The notes: generated from the letters alone by a model not told the origin. A stretch of 62,900 bases of DNA, filler included, from Bonamia ostreae (GCA_040357525.1; 49 parts of 49 records of this genome joined end to end with filler, not necessarily neighbours in it), one strand, 5' to 3'; positions 50,584 to 62,900 are shown, counted from the first letter of the whole stretch. Numbers and translations: made by a program.

Positions 50584-51369
50584 TTAGTAGTTATTCATAA
50601 AGGCATATGAATCTTGTATGATTTTTTCCAACATCCTCTCAACATGTTCTAATTTTTCTGTTAGTCTACCTAAACATTCCTGTTGTTCAATTATTTGTTC
50701 CCGATTATCAGAGAGATCTTTGATTGTTTCTTTTAGGAACCCAATTCTTTTGTCAAATATATTGTGCGTTAGCGTTTTTATGAGTTTATGCAATACATCC
50801 CCATGCTCTCTATTTAGTGCGTCACATACTAACGTACAAAAGGTTGGTTTGCATTTTGCATATTCCTCATCTATTATTCTCTTTTTCCTGGCATCTCTTC
50901 CCAAAAAGGCAATGACTGGTCCTATAAAAGGTAACGACACGAGTCCGAGGACAACAGCGGCCGTCAATAATGGGATCCATATTGGGGACGTAGCAATAAG
51001 ACCAGCAACAAAAGGTGCAACAGATTCATCTTTGTAGGACACAGCTCCCTCGATTTCTTTCTCATCAGACCCTTTCAATTCATTTTCCACGGTTTTTAAT
51101 TCTGATGACAACTTTGTATAGTATTGCAATATTTCATCTTTAATGTCCTTGAACTCTCCAATAACCTCCGGACAATTTTTGATACTTGAAATATAGTGTC
51201 TTACTCTAGAACGCACCTCATCATCTGGTGAACTCTCTTTCATGATTGGTTTCCTTCCCCTCGGATTCAATATATTATTCTTTCCTTCATCCGAAGACAT
51301 GTAATGAAAACTTTTGGTTGCTTGATCATCTATAAACTTTCTCATTCGGTTGCTCCATTTTGCTACATT
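50584..51369 (-). CDS. Terminal exon of a helical protein with a central hydrophobic hairpin, possibly dynamin/mitofusin-like (animal-type contig)
   Basis: 253+ aa open frame after a TTTTAG acceptor; hydrophobic APFVAGLIATSPIWIPLLTAAVVLGLVSLPFIGPVIAFL flanked by coiled-coil-like segments. The GTPase domain is not in the contig, so the product is inference. Confidence 0.5.
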   Translation of the reverse strand, partial: NVAKWSNRMRKFIDDQATKSFHYMSSDEGKNNILNPRGRKPIMKESSPDDEVRSRVRHYISSIKNCPEVIGEFKDIKDEILQYYTKLSSELKTVENELKGSDEKEIEGAVSYKDESVAPFVAGLIATSPIWIPLLTAAVVLGLVSLPFIGPVIAFLGRDARKKRIIDEEYAKCKPTFCTLVCDALNREHGDVLHKLIKTLTHNIFDKRIGFLKETIKDLSDNREQIIEQQECLGRLTEKLEHVERMLEKIIQDSYAFMNNY

Positions 51370-54059
51370 CTAAAATGTTTTAAGATGTACAAACATTATG
51401 ANNNNNNNNNNNNNNNNNNNNNNNNNNNNNNNNNNNNNNNNNNNNTTAATTAATTAANNNNNNNNNNNNNNNNNNNNNNNNNNNNNNNNNNNNNNNNNNN
51501 NTTGATGATGTATCAATATAAGTAAAACATCCTCGACTAGACGTAAAACAAACAAACAAACAATCATGACACATTTAAAAATGGTATGTGACTTGTGTTT
51601 TCATGGAAACAAGACATAAATTTTCTTGTTAAAACATAGGCCTCAATGAATGTTGACTTTTCATATTTCAAGTGCACATTTATTTTTTTCATTGATTTTG
51701 AAATTTAAAATTTGCGAAAATGTGTGCTTTTTACCGTAATCCAGATCACCCCCTACTCTTCACTGCGATGCGTATTTCAAGTACTTTGTATATCTATGAT
51801 TCATACAAGTTATTTCCCATTTTGCTAAGTGAAAGTAGGAATTTGTGAAACGCAGAGAATGGTTTTTGGATATTCTGAGCTGATTTACATATTTAAATCA
51901 ACTGAAGTTTTCAGGTAACATTGTAAGTGACTGTCGGAGATCCTTAGGCTCTCGATGAAAAGCCTTACAAGAAAGTGGATTTACGCATTTTTACTCTGCT
52001 GTCGTGATCACGTAGTTTATGTAAATACTTCTGACTGAGATCAACCGAAAATAGAAAACAAAACAGCAAAAGTGTCTAATTTCCCCATGTTTCACTAGGT
52101 GTTCGTGAATAATGTATACCACATTAGCTTTTGTACAATGAAAAGACTTCATAAATCTTTCCAAATTGTATTGCCGCTTCCCGAGAGGGTGAAATACTGA
52201 AAACAATGACAAAACATAAGAAAAGATTCATAATGAAAATATTGACGAAATTACATTACTTTAAGCAACCAAAGTCAAAATCAACCTAATACACCAATCT
52301 ACATTTTACAATGTATCAAATTTTGAAAATAGATGACAATGAAAGTTTTATGCAGTACTCAAACTTTGTGAATTTTTAGGACAGAGTCTAATATAGTATG
52401 ACCTATACTAATTCAATATCAATACATACCGACAAAATCCATCAATAAGATTATCAAAAGATGCAGTAAAATAACAATTGTCCAATCCATGTTTTAAATT
52501 GGCCTAAACTTACACATGCAGAAAATTCAATTCAAAGTGGTGCACGAAAACAATAGTATATGTCATCAGCAATATGCAAGTATAATGCACAATATATTAG
52601 CGTACTGTTTGGCTTGTCAAAGATCACTTCATTTACCTACACCTGTATTCACGATATAGGGCTCTCAGCGGGTGTGAGCGGNNNNNNNNNNNNNNNNNNN
52701 NNNNNNNNNNNNNNNNNNNNNNNNNTTAATTAATTAANNNNNNNNNNNNNNNNNNNNNNNNNNNNNNNNNNNNNNNNNNNNGTCACCCACATTATTAGAA
52801 TTAAAATGTGAGCATATTCTAAGATGTCCAGGTATTCAATTCGAACATAAAATACTGACTGATAACATATCACCCGATGAATGTTGGAAATGCCTGTATA
52901 ATTCAGCATCACTTTCAAACATGATGAAGAGCGCGTGTGCATATCCTATACAAAGTTTGGTCAATTACATCACTTATTATTTGTTAGTTTATATCAATGA
53001 TCCTCATGATAGATTAAGTTATTTTTTCTAATCGAATTTTTGTGGTAGAAGTGTAAGAGCTATAAACTACATCTATACGTATTCTAAAAATAGTGTGAAG
53101 GAATGAAATCTGACTTGTGTATATATTAATTCATTCTTAATGTAATGGGGGATGCATAATACAGAACAGGATGGGAACATCTAATAGACGGGCTAGATAC
53201 ATTGAAAACGTAATAAATCTGAGAAACAATAAATACGAAGGTGCTATGGTATATATGTGATTTTAGCATGTTCTTCAATAATATGTTCACTGTGTCGGTG
53301 ATTAATATCCAACTGATATTTTTCGTAATAACGAACCTCCATGTACTCATATTCAGACGACTCTTCTGCTTCATATTGGGGTTTGGGATTTTCCTTTAAA
53401 AGAACAACATATCATGATAAGTAATTGGTATCTGAAACCATCAATTATGAAATTAAGGGTAACATCCAAGTTCGGGCGTTCGCTTTGCAACTGAAAGACC
53501 CAGGATCGATTCCCATTCAGGCAGATAGCGTAGGCAGTTACTACCTCTTTACCAGACACCCACCGTTACAAGTGACCATCACGGATCTTTCGATAAATGT
53601 TTTCACAAACATCAAACAAATATCTGACGTTTTCTTGGATATGTTATTGAACGTAAATGTTAACGGCAAATAAGCAATTTTATGTCAAGATAGATAACTT
53701 CTCCATGGTCAGTTCCTTATATTTATGAATTCTCTAACCCAAATTATTGGTACGTATACTACGGGCACAATACCTGTGTCAAAGGCTTTTTACACTAACC
53801 TTGTAAATATTTGTAATACTCATCATTTATATTTTGGATTAAATATTTAGTCATATATTGAAATGCATTTTACATCATCTAGATAACGATATATTTCGTC
53901 ATTACAACCTACCGTTCGGTCAAATGCTACCTCTGACGTGTTTCAACCCGATTGTTAGGNNNNNNNNNNNNNNNNNNNNNNNNNNNNNNNNNNNNNNNNN
54001 NNNTTAATTAATTAANNNNNNNNNNNNNNNNNNNNNNNNNNNNNNNNNNNNNNNNNNNN

Positions 54060-54222
54060 ACTTACGTCTAAGCTTGACGCTTACGGCCTTTGAGCAAGCA
54101 GGGGAAATTATCGTGCCGCACCTTATGTCACACGTGTCACACGGTTTTTGCATTTTCATCCGAAGTATCGCCTCGACACGTAAGGGGTACTAGGGAACTA
54201 TTCTAATCCAGATCTCCACGAG
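54060..54222 (-). mobile_element. SINE-like dispersed repeat body
   Basis: Reverse complement reads gattagaatag...gtaccccttacgtgtcgaggcga...cggatgaaaatgcaaaaaccgtgtgac...ggcacgataa...gctcaaaggccgtaagcg; shares blocks with 48789-48840 and 61757-61980. Confidence 0.7.
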
Positions 54223-55337
54223 AAGGGATATGGTGGATCTGAAATAGAGATCCACACTGTACATTAGAATACACATGTTTCTTGATAGAAATATACCACA
54301 AAGTAAAACTAAGCACCAAATCAACAAAATACATACAGGAATCATTATGAAAAAGTGAAGAGAGCGAAAAGCGATTGATCTCATAAATCCCATAAAGAGT
54401 ACAGAATCAAGAAGTGGCCAAACACGGTCACAACAAACACGCACTCCTGGACACACCCGATATGGGATCATATGCATAGGAGGAGTAAGCAGGTAGATCA
54501 CATTTGACCTAAAGAAAGGTTCTATTTGCAAAAAAGATCTAACGACAATAGGATTTGCGAAATATCCCCTCAACACCACCATTTTCATCAGTAGCTTTCC
54601 TCGATTCATCATACGCAGACCATGTTTTCAGGTATTAAATCAGCTAAGTAATGCAGATGGTAATGTATAGAAAGTTGAGTATGGAAAAGTGATGCCATTT
54701 GTTATACATTTGAGTTGTTAGTTCTCCATTAGCATCTATGTTCAGTAAGATATCTAAATATGGAACAAATTTGTAAGAATGTGTGGTGTCTTGTATTTTG
54801 AGTTCACTGGAAAATATTTGATCGACATATGAATAAATACTGTTAATATATAATCAACGTCGAATTTTCGAATTGAGAGCTACAGCAAGATATTCTTTTT
54901 GCTTCTCACGTAGATACTTTTGAATATATTCAGCTTAATAAGAATATAAGAACAGGTCAACTACTAAAAGACCATAATTTGTGCGCAATGAAATTCCAAC
55001 AGAGTATTGAAAAACCTGATCACCAAAGGTCATGTAGATATTGTCAATGAGGAAGTCCAGATTCTTTTCAATATCAACTCCAGATTAATTGTTAGTAGAA
55101 TCAGAGTGGTGTTTCACAAGATAAGTTTAGCACACCTGAGTCAGGTGACTTACTGCACTTGGTCAGTGTCTGTCGTCCGACGAACGTTTACAATAAAACT
55201 ACATGATGACTACCATTCGAATTCTTTTTAGATTTGGNNNNNNNNNNNNNNNNNNNNNNNNNNNNNNNNNNNNNNNNNNNNTTAATTAATTAANNNNNNN
55301 NNNNNNNNNNNNNNNNNNNNNNNNNNNNNNNNNNNNN

Positions 55338-55847
55338 AAAATCGAAAATTGATTTAATAATGTCAAAATTGTCTCTTTTTTTCTTTTTCTTTTTACGCTT
55401 TTTTATAGTTCTTTTGGAAATATCAACCGACTTTTCGTTGACGTAAAATTTTTTATCACAAAAAGTGCACCTTTTCATCTTTAAATATAAAACAAAAACT
55501 TTAACCGAAACAATATCGTCTTTATGCTTCTTTTTGGCCGACAAAATAAAGCTCTTGTCAAATTTTGTAAAATTGACAGGCGAATTAGTGTGTTTTAGAA
55601 CGTTTTTGTTCTTTTTCAAAACGTTAAAGAACAGACCGTCCCCACAACTAAAATTCTCGCCGCAATAGTAACAAAAATCGCAATCGATATCCAAATTTTT
55701 TGAGGAATCGTTGACTTCTCTTAAAAAGTCCCTCAAATCGCAATTTAAATATCGAACATAATCCTTTTCCGCATCGACTGATTTCATAAACCGGCCAATT
55801 CTCTGTTTGTGCTCCATCGCCAACTCCAAGTCTTTCAAACTCGCCAT
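55338..55847 (-). CDS. Small 2xCxxC zinc-ribbon protein with basic tail, possibly RNase P/MRP Rpr2/Rpp21/Snm1 family (protist-type contig)
   Basis: ATG 55847; FCYYCG ... RCTFCD; Lys-rich C-terminus; probable in-frame 21-nt intron 55479-55499. Confidence 0.5.
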
Positions 55848-56007
55848 TAAAAACACGAAAATAGCTTTTCGAATTTTTAGACAAACAGATTTTATTAACC
55901 AAAACACGTACAGTACAAAGCTAATTCCGCAGAAGCGAAAACACTAACCAAAATCCATATACAATTCAAAATTGAAAAATAAAATTTAACGAGGGTTAGA
56001 TTCAACA

Positions 56008-56414
56008 ATGTCCTCAAATCCGACGGTAAACTGCTCTATAATTTAAAGAAAGAAGATCTCAGCCTCCTTTTAAAAGCCGATTGCCACATCGGCGCCAAAA
56101 CGCTCACCAAAAAAATGGCTCCGTACATCTTCAAGAAAGCAACCGACGGGAAATCGCACATAATCGACTTGCACAAGACCTGGCAAAAAATTCACGCCGC
56201 GGCTCTGTTGCTCGTCGCCGTCAAAAACCCGAAAGACATCTGTTTGGTGTCCTCGACCAATTGGGGCAAAAGAAGCATTTTCAAGTTTAGCCAATACGCG
56301 AAAGCTCATTCCATTTCTGGTAGATTCACGCCGGGGACGTTCACAAATCAGATTTGCAAGAGTTTCCGTGAACCAAGCGTGCTCATTGTATGCGATCCTG
56401 AATTGGACAATCAC
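56008..56414 (+). CDS. RPSA: 40S ribosomal protein SA (uS2), 5' part (protist-type contig)
   Basis: MSSNPT|KEDLSLLLKADCHIG (23-nt intron 56026-56048), HIIDLHKTWQKI, SGRFTPGTFTNQ, FREPSVLIVCDP..DNH. Confidence 0.95.
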
Positions 56415-59400
56415 GTTTTTTTTGTTCGGATTTTTTTTAAATTTTAAAATTTATTGTTCGATTTTTTTGTGGCGAGCGACATTATTTTTTTGTTTGGACT
56501 ATTTAAAATTTGTTGNNNNNNNNNNNNNNNNNNNNNNNNNNNNNNNNNNNNNNNNNNNNTTAATTAATTAANNNNNNNNNNNNNNNNNNNNNNNNNNNNN
56601 NNNNNNNNNNNNNNNAATTTTATATCGATCGAAAATTTTAGCAATCATCTTTCCGATTGCACTGAAAATTATCAAACGGAAATGCCTTTGCCGATTTCTC
56701 AGACGACTTGCGGATTTCCAAAAAATATATTAAAAGATTTAGAGCTTATTGAAAATTTTGTATTTTTTGAAAATGATAAATTGTTTTTGGACAAAATTGG
56801 ATTTTGTAAAAACAAAAATTGTTTTGAGCACAAAGGATGGCAATTTTTGTTTGTCAAAGAGTTCGATTTTTGTTTGGCTAAATTGGTTTGAAAAATTTCA
56901 CTTTTTTGCGAAAATTTTGTCGTTATTAATAAAAATTTTTGCGAAATTTTATTCGGCAATAAAAATAAGACTAGAAAAATGCGAAAAATCAAAAACTATT
57001 TAAAGCTGAAAATACGCGTTAAAAGAGATCTCAAAATCATTAATTTGGGTAACAAAAATTTTGACAATTAAAATTTTCATTAAATCAAAACAAAAAAGAT
57101 TCGATGATATCCAAAAATTCGAAAATAGCAAAATTCGATAAAATTGGCGAAAAGAAAAAATCGATTTTGATCAAAATCGAAAACTCGCTAAAATCCTCGC
57201 AACTTTTTAACCATTTGCTAAACCAACTAAATTTGATCAAAACGAACGAAAAGAGCAAAAAAGAACAAAATAACAAAAAAAGAATTTTCAATTCTGAAAA
57301 TTTGACAAAATTTCCAAAACTGACCAAAATTTCAAATTTCTTGCCGCGTTACGAACCAAACGCTTTTTTGCGAAATTCAGTGTGTTTGCCGCCGCCAGTT
57401 TTTCGGGAAAAAGTCTTTTTAATTTTTTCGGAAAAGTGAAATTTGCTTTTCAAAACAATTTTTCACATTTTGATTTTAGGACAAAAAATTAAAGACGACT
57501 GAACGATCGAAGATCAATATTCAACAAACAAACAACTCTTACAAAAAAAGGTTTCGAACCAATATTTATAGAAAAAAATCAAATTTGACAAAATTTTATC
57601 AACAAAAAAATGTTTTTTCGTCGATAATGATTAAACCTCCGAAAATCTTTTCACAAAAAAACAAAAAACAACCAAAAATTGTGCACAAAAAGAGTCAAAA
57701 TTGCCAGCAAACATTGCCCAAAATTAATCAAAAAACAAATCCACCAAAAAAGCAAAATTTGAATGAACAAAACTTTGCAAAATCTAATTCTAANNNNNNN
57801 NNNNNNNNNNNNNNNNNNNNNNNNNNNNNNNNNNNNNTTAATTAATTAANNNNNNNNNNNNNNNNNNNNNNNNNNNNNNNNNNNNNNNNNNNNTATGTAG
57901 ATCGATGCCATCAAATTTAGTTGCTACATGTTCAAATACGATATCTTTCAATTGCATGTAATACACGTGTAGATAATTAATTTGAAATACTTGATTTCTT
58001 TCCTGCTGTATGGTGAGTTTGACATTTAAATGAACATTGAAAATTGCATTACATCTGAGGATTAAACATATTCTTATCATATCTTGAATGAATTTTGTAT
58101 ATCCATGGTTGTTTAGACAAATAGAATATCGTTTTCACGACAGCAAAGGTAAACACTTTTATTCAACTGCATCCAAAACTAAGATGCTTTGATTTAATAT
58201 CGTGAAATGTTGATGCTGTAGATAACTGCTGTTACTATAGTCAAGTCAGACTGTACAGCAATGTAGTAATCAATTTCTAGAATGCAAAAATGTCGATTGA
58301 AATATTTTCAAATTATATCCAACACTACATGTCATTCTGGTAATCTATGCGAGACATACTTTCTAAAGTCAAATATGATAAATCACTATCATTTCGAGAG
58401 AGAAAAAAACCCAACAACGAATAAAGTCTATAGATACGCTCAGTGGCGAGCATAAAACCACGATTCGTACCAAAAATTCTACTCCATTATTTATTTGCAT
58501 ATTTCACACATTTACGGTCACATTTACATGTATGCACACTCATATTGCTTACAACTAAGGCCAGAATTACAACTGATGATGATCTTAGTTCTTCATCTCT
58601 GGCATGCACAGAATTTCAGTAAAAGCATGTAATTCACCGTTTGATCAGGACATTGTTCTTAAAGTGGTTATTATCATAAAATAAGATGGTAAATACTAAA
58701 ACAACGTCGTGGTTTAATTTAATTTCATTCTCTCCTTCTAGAACATACGATAACCAGAACGACGGAACCTTTATTATGTACAGATCAAGAGATGGCAGTG
58801 GAAACATAATGGAGGTACATTCTTGCGCTTTTCGATTTTGACTATTTCCTTAATTACTTCTACACTATTGAACATATTGGACTGAATAAAGAAGTATTTC
58901 GATTAAATTGGATGTCAAATAGGTGCCATTCCGCCAATTTTAACTGTGACAAGATAAAATTTGAGAGTAATTAATCATTTACACGAACATGATGTTTCAT
59001 AAATTAAAACACTGCATTATTCATAAATAGGATTTCGATTGATTTCTTTCACATTCTTTAGCTTCCCTTTNNNNNNNNNNNNNNNNNNNNNNNNNNNNNN
59101 NNNNNNNNNNNNNNTTAATTAATTAANNNNNNNNNNNNNNNNNNNNNNNNNNNNNNNNNNNNNNNNNNNNGGAAAATGTTCTCAAATGATTAATTTATGG
59201 TTATTGAAGAGGATTTGCTGTGAAACATTCTAAAGATCTTGGAAGTAGCATGTTTCATCAAAACTGTAAAAAGAACATTTTTGCCCATAGCAATCAACCA
59301 TAAATTACAATTTAAAGGCTTGCACACCTAGAGGTATGAATGTGAAACATTTCGATTACCTGTAGACACCTATGATATTTTATAAAAAGCGATAACAATC

Positions 59401-60054
59401 TCAGTAGCAATTTGTCCTGTTCGTGGAGGATTCAAATTTGTACAATGAAAAAGCAAATCAAAATATGATTGATGCATAACCCCACAGACCCCAATGTAAT
59501 TATTCATGATAAAATGAAGAATACATTTCTCCTGTTGTTTTCGTGGATTTATAAGAGCATTGATTTACTGGGTAAAAGCAATTAGGGCAAAATGACAATC
59601 CACTCAAATTGTTGGTTCGAATTAATATGACTGCATTTATCTATTATCATTCGAATGATTAAAGTTCATGTACCAAATTATGTCATTTGCAAATAAGGAT
59701 ACATTTAACTTAAAGTATACCATTAAGAGAGTCAGCAATATTTGATTTCCCCAAGAACGAGGGAAATAGGCTTGCTAAAGGGGATCTGGATACTTGGTTA
59801 CATCCTCAAATTGGGCCTCAGTGATATACTAGTACTTTGACTATTTATAAGGAATATTCATGAGTCCATTCGGAACAGATCAGAGTTTCTTCATTAGATA
59901 AAATGAACTTGCTAACTGTTCCGAATAGGTATGTATCAGGTCATTGAACTCATTTTACTATGACTTACATGGAATTAGGAAAATTTACATAAATTCTACA
60001 ATGAGTAGAGGTATAATAATAGTTTTTAATCTGTTTTAACCATATATGTAATAG

Positions 60055-60224
60055 TTCTTCGACTGTTCGTGGATCTGCCTACTATGGCCAGGGTCCGGGT
60101 CCACTATTGTTGGATGACCTTGGATGTGCAGGTACGGAGAAGGCGTTGTGGAACTGCTCTAACCGTGGGTGGTATCAAACCGACTGTAGTCACAGCGAGG
60201 ATGTTGGTGTGGACTGTTATTATT
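60055..60224 (+). CDS. SRCR-domain exon (C-terminal half of a group A/DMBT1-like module; animal-type contig)
   Basis: AYYGQGPGPLLLDDLGCAGTEKALWNCSNRGWYQTDCSHSEDVGVDC between an AG acceptor and a GTAAGT donor. Confidence 0.93.
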
Positions 60225-60630
60225 GTAAGTGGTCACTATCCATATAATGTGCTTAAATGAAACGGGTTTTTTTTCATTCATTGGTGAAGTGTACGCTTGT
60301 GGTTAGGGGGCTCGAACTTGCTTCAGAATCACGAGACTGGTCATACTNNNNNNNNNNNNNNNNNNNNNNNNNNNNNNNNNNNNNNNNNNNNTTAATTAAT
60401 TAANNNNNNNNNNNNNNNNNNNNNNNNNNNNNNNNNNNNNNNNNNNNTAACATCAACTTATTTGTCGAAGGCCTGCTATGGATTGAGAATAATCATATGT
60501 AGAACATGCTTATGCACATCGAATCAGTTGACATGTATACATCATATGCTAGTGATAGTGGAGAATTGCTAGAGAAATATGGAAAATTGATGATGGAGAA
60601 TTCGAGAGTCATCATGTTTGTCATACTTAC

Positions 60631-61624
60631 TTTTTTCAAAGTGTAAGCAATTCCTTTGATATCTGCAATGATTTGTTCCCTATCCCTTTTACTTTTATAT
60701 GGAGTTTTGCTTAGATGTTTTAACTTCAGACCAATGTCAACAAAACCATGAAGATGTTCCATTTTGGCCTCTTCATCAATGTCTTTAACTAAATGCGAAT
60801 CTCCCGTTGTAGTGGTAATTGAGTCACTTTTCTCCAGCAGAGAAATGTAGAATGCACCATACCCTTTTAATGATATATACATGTCTAAGATAAAAGTGCC
60901 ACTATTTAATATGGAAAGAAAGAGGGAGGAGATGAGTAGTGAGAGAGAGAATATAGTAATATACCCTTGTCTATATCTGCATTAAAATCAATGAGTATTT
61001 GTTTCCGAACATTCAGGAAGGACTGATAACAAGCGACAATCCATTGCCTTTCCTCTTCCACAGATTTTATTTCATTTGAAATATCGTCCTGGAATAAAAT
61101 TTACAGCTTTGTACTCTAATCAATGAAAGGTACTATGAATCTTACTACATTGCTAGATTTTTTCCTACTTATCTTCCCTCTATATTGTCTTTGCACATTT
61201 TAGAAATGACCACATGTCCCCTGAAGATGTCCCACTGTTTATTGTCATTTATTTTATCTCTAGAGAAAGGTGCTGTAATCATAATATCCCTTCATAGCTT
61301 AACATTGAAAACTTCTAGTAATTAGAATGTTTCCATCTAATTCACAATTATAAATGCGCTTCATCTATTGGAAAAATTAGATTCTATCCCTATGTTTATC
61401 ACTTTGAAGTATGTAAGTTCTATGTTTTAATACATCACATTTTGCGCCTAAATGGAGATAAGAAAGATCTTTTTAGTTGGAAGTCAATGTTTGGTTTACT
61501 TACTTCCTTGGGTAAAACTTTCCAGAAATCGTATGCTTGCTTGACCTCACGTCTGACATCATTGAGATTTTGACAGATATGGCAATATCTCACTTCAGAG
61601 GTCGTTGGTATGAAATGTTTTACG
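60631..61624 (-). CDS. Three exons of an unidentified animal-type gene
   Basis: Open, phase-compatible exons (~61624-61505, ~61088-60965, 60863-60631) with GTAAG/GTAT donors and AG acceptors; no domain recognised. Confidence 0.55.
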
Positions 61625-61756
61625 NNNNNNNNNNNNNNNNNNNNNNNNNNNNNNNNNNNNNNNNNNNNTTAATTAATTAANNNNNNNNNNNNNNNNNNNN
61701 NNNNNNNNNNNNNNNNNNNNNNNNAAAACTGGATCATTATTTCATTTATTTAACAT

Positions 61757-61980
61757 GGGCGGTCGCGGTAGTTCATGGCTAGGACATTCGCTTCGAAACC
61801 GGAATGTTGTGAATTGGAACTGCGCTCAAATCTGAGGCATAAACATATGTAGCAATTGCACCTTTGCAAAATACTTAGAATTTAGAAGTGAGAACCACGA
61901 GTCTTGTGGATACGACCTCAAAGGTGGAGGTCCCGTGTCGCTACAGACGTTGTCACCCTAAAGGACTCTTACCAGTACAG
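61757..61980 (+). mobile_element. Degenerate tRNA-headed SINE; similar copy at ~53468-53600
   Basis: tRNA-like head (ggtcgcggtagttcatggctag...ttcgcttcg) followed by ggtcccgtgtcgctac...taaagga, a block shared with other SINE fragments. Confidence 0.55.
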
Positions 61981-62900
61981 CACTGAGTGCAAAACACAAA
62001 GTGAAAATGCGATGGGAAGCAAAATAAACAACCAAGCAACCCAACAATTTTTTCATGCATGCGATGAAGTTCGTTTTCAAAACGAGGCTGTTGTGAAATA
62101 CTTCACATGTGCGTGCGGAAGCGAGAAATGAAGGATACAGGGAAAACAAGCGTAACATCTAATTATTCTGTCCCGCAGTGTGACGAGGACAGTTGTCAAA
62201 GCACTGCAACATCGTTCCATTTTCTTCTTCTAAGGATCCATCTGTTCAGAAAGCTTAGATTATAACTACTCGAAGCGACGAAAGCCCCAACCTCCTTGTA
62301 AGTTTTTCACGTGTGTGACACAGGATAGATAGCCTTTTCGAAAAGTCGTACATAAGACATATACAAATGATACCTGAAACAGAATTGTAAAGTATTTTTC
62401 GTATATTTTCATTGACTTTTAACATTTTATATGTTTTGAATTTCTTGCGCCTGTGCGATAGAAATCGCATCGACAATGTTGTTTACGTTCATTTTGTCAG
62501 ATGTGCAAGGGAAGTTACACACTCTTTATATAGTGTTAATACATACGTTTACTTATCGAATTGCAATAAAGGTTTAGCAATTATCTCTCTTAAATGTATA
62601 TTATCTAATTGATGCCTGTTAAGAAACATCTGGATTCGCCGAAAGCACAAACGACCCCCCCCCCCCCCAACCTACATAATTTCCAAAAAAATAAAATTAA
62701 GACACAATACTCTATATACTAAAAAATCACAACATAACGAGTAATAACACAACATTAAAAAATAAATTTATATGAAACATGTAGTGGTATAATCTAGACT
62801 CAATTAGTATTAAGGCAGAAGTCTTAACAATGCAAATACTAAGAAAATTAACTAACAATAAAATAGATTATTAATACTCTACACCGAGCGAGTCTTTAGT

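Noticed and set aside
1195-61724. Periodic TTAATTAATTAA motif and ORFs ending in X...LIN or X...N
   Set aside because: Artificial linker; ORFs running into it are truncated or spurious, and gene neighbourhoods across it are not real.

Overview
This window is not continuous genome. It is a pseudo-scaffold of about 49 unrelated short contigs, size-sorted from ~1,194 bp down to ~1,176 bp, joined by artificial 100-bp linkers (44 N + TTAATTAATTAA + 44 N). Adjacency across linkers is meaningless. At least three sources are mixed. (1) An animal genome, most consistent with a bivalve such as an oyster: mostly non-coding, with SINEs, Penelope-like retroelement 3' ends, a degenerate Gypsy LTR element, and BIR/IAP, SRCR and dynamin-like exons. 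(2) About 18 contigs from a gene-dense, AT-rich, divergent microbial eukaryote with many 20-23 nt GT-AG introns whose donors mostly read GTT. Its genes include eIF5B, POLR3B, POLK, PPIL2, TSR1, NSUN2, RPSA, XPO7, a senataxin-like helicase, and SUN, ARID+AT-hook, WD40, zinc-knuckle and tandem Sushi/CCP proteins. By inference this fits an ascetosporean/haplosporidian oyster parasite such as Bonamia. (3) One intronless prokaryote/phage-like contig with an ECF sigma factor, a coupled small ORF and an HExxH protein. The most interesting signals are the miniature-intron system with atypical donors, the protist Sushi/CCP array built one module per phase-1 exon, and the sigma/HExxH cassette. All product names come from motif recognition by eye; no database search was run.
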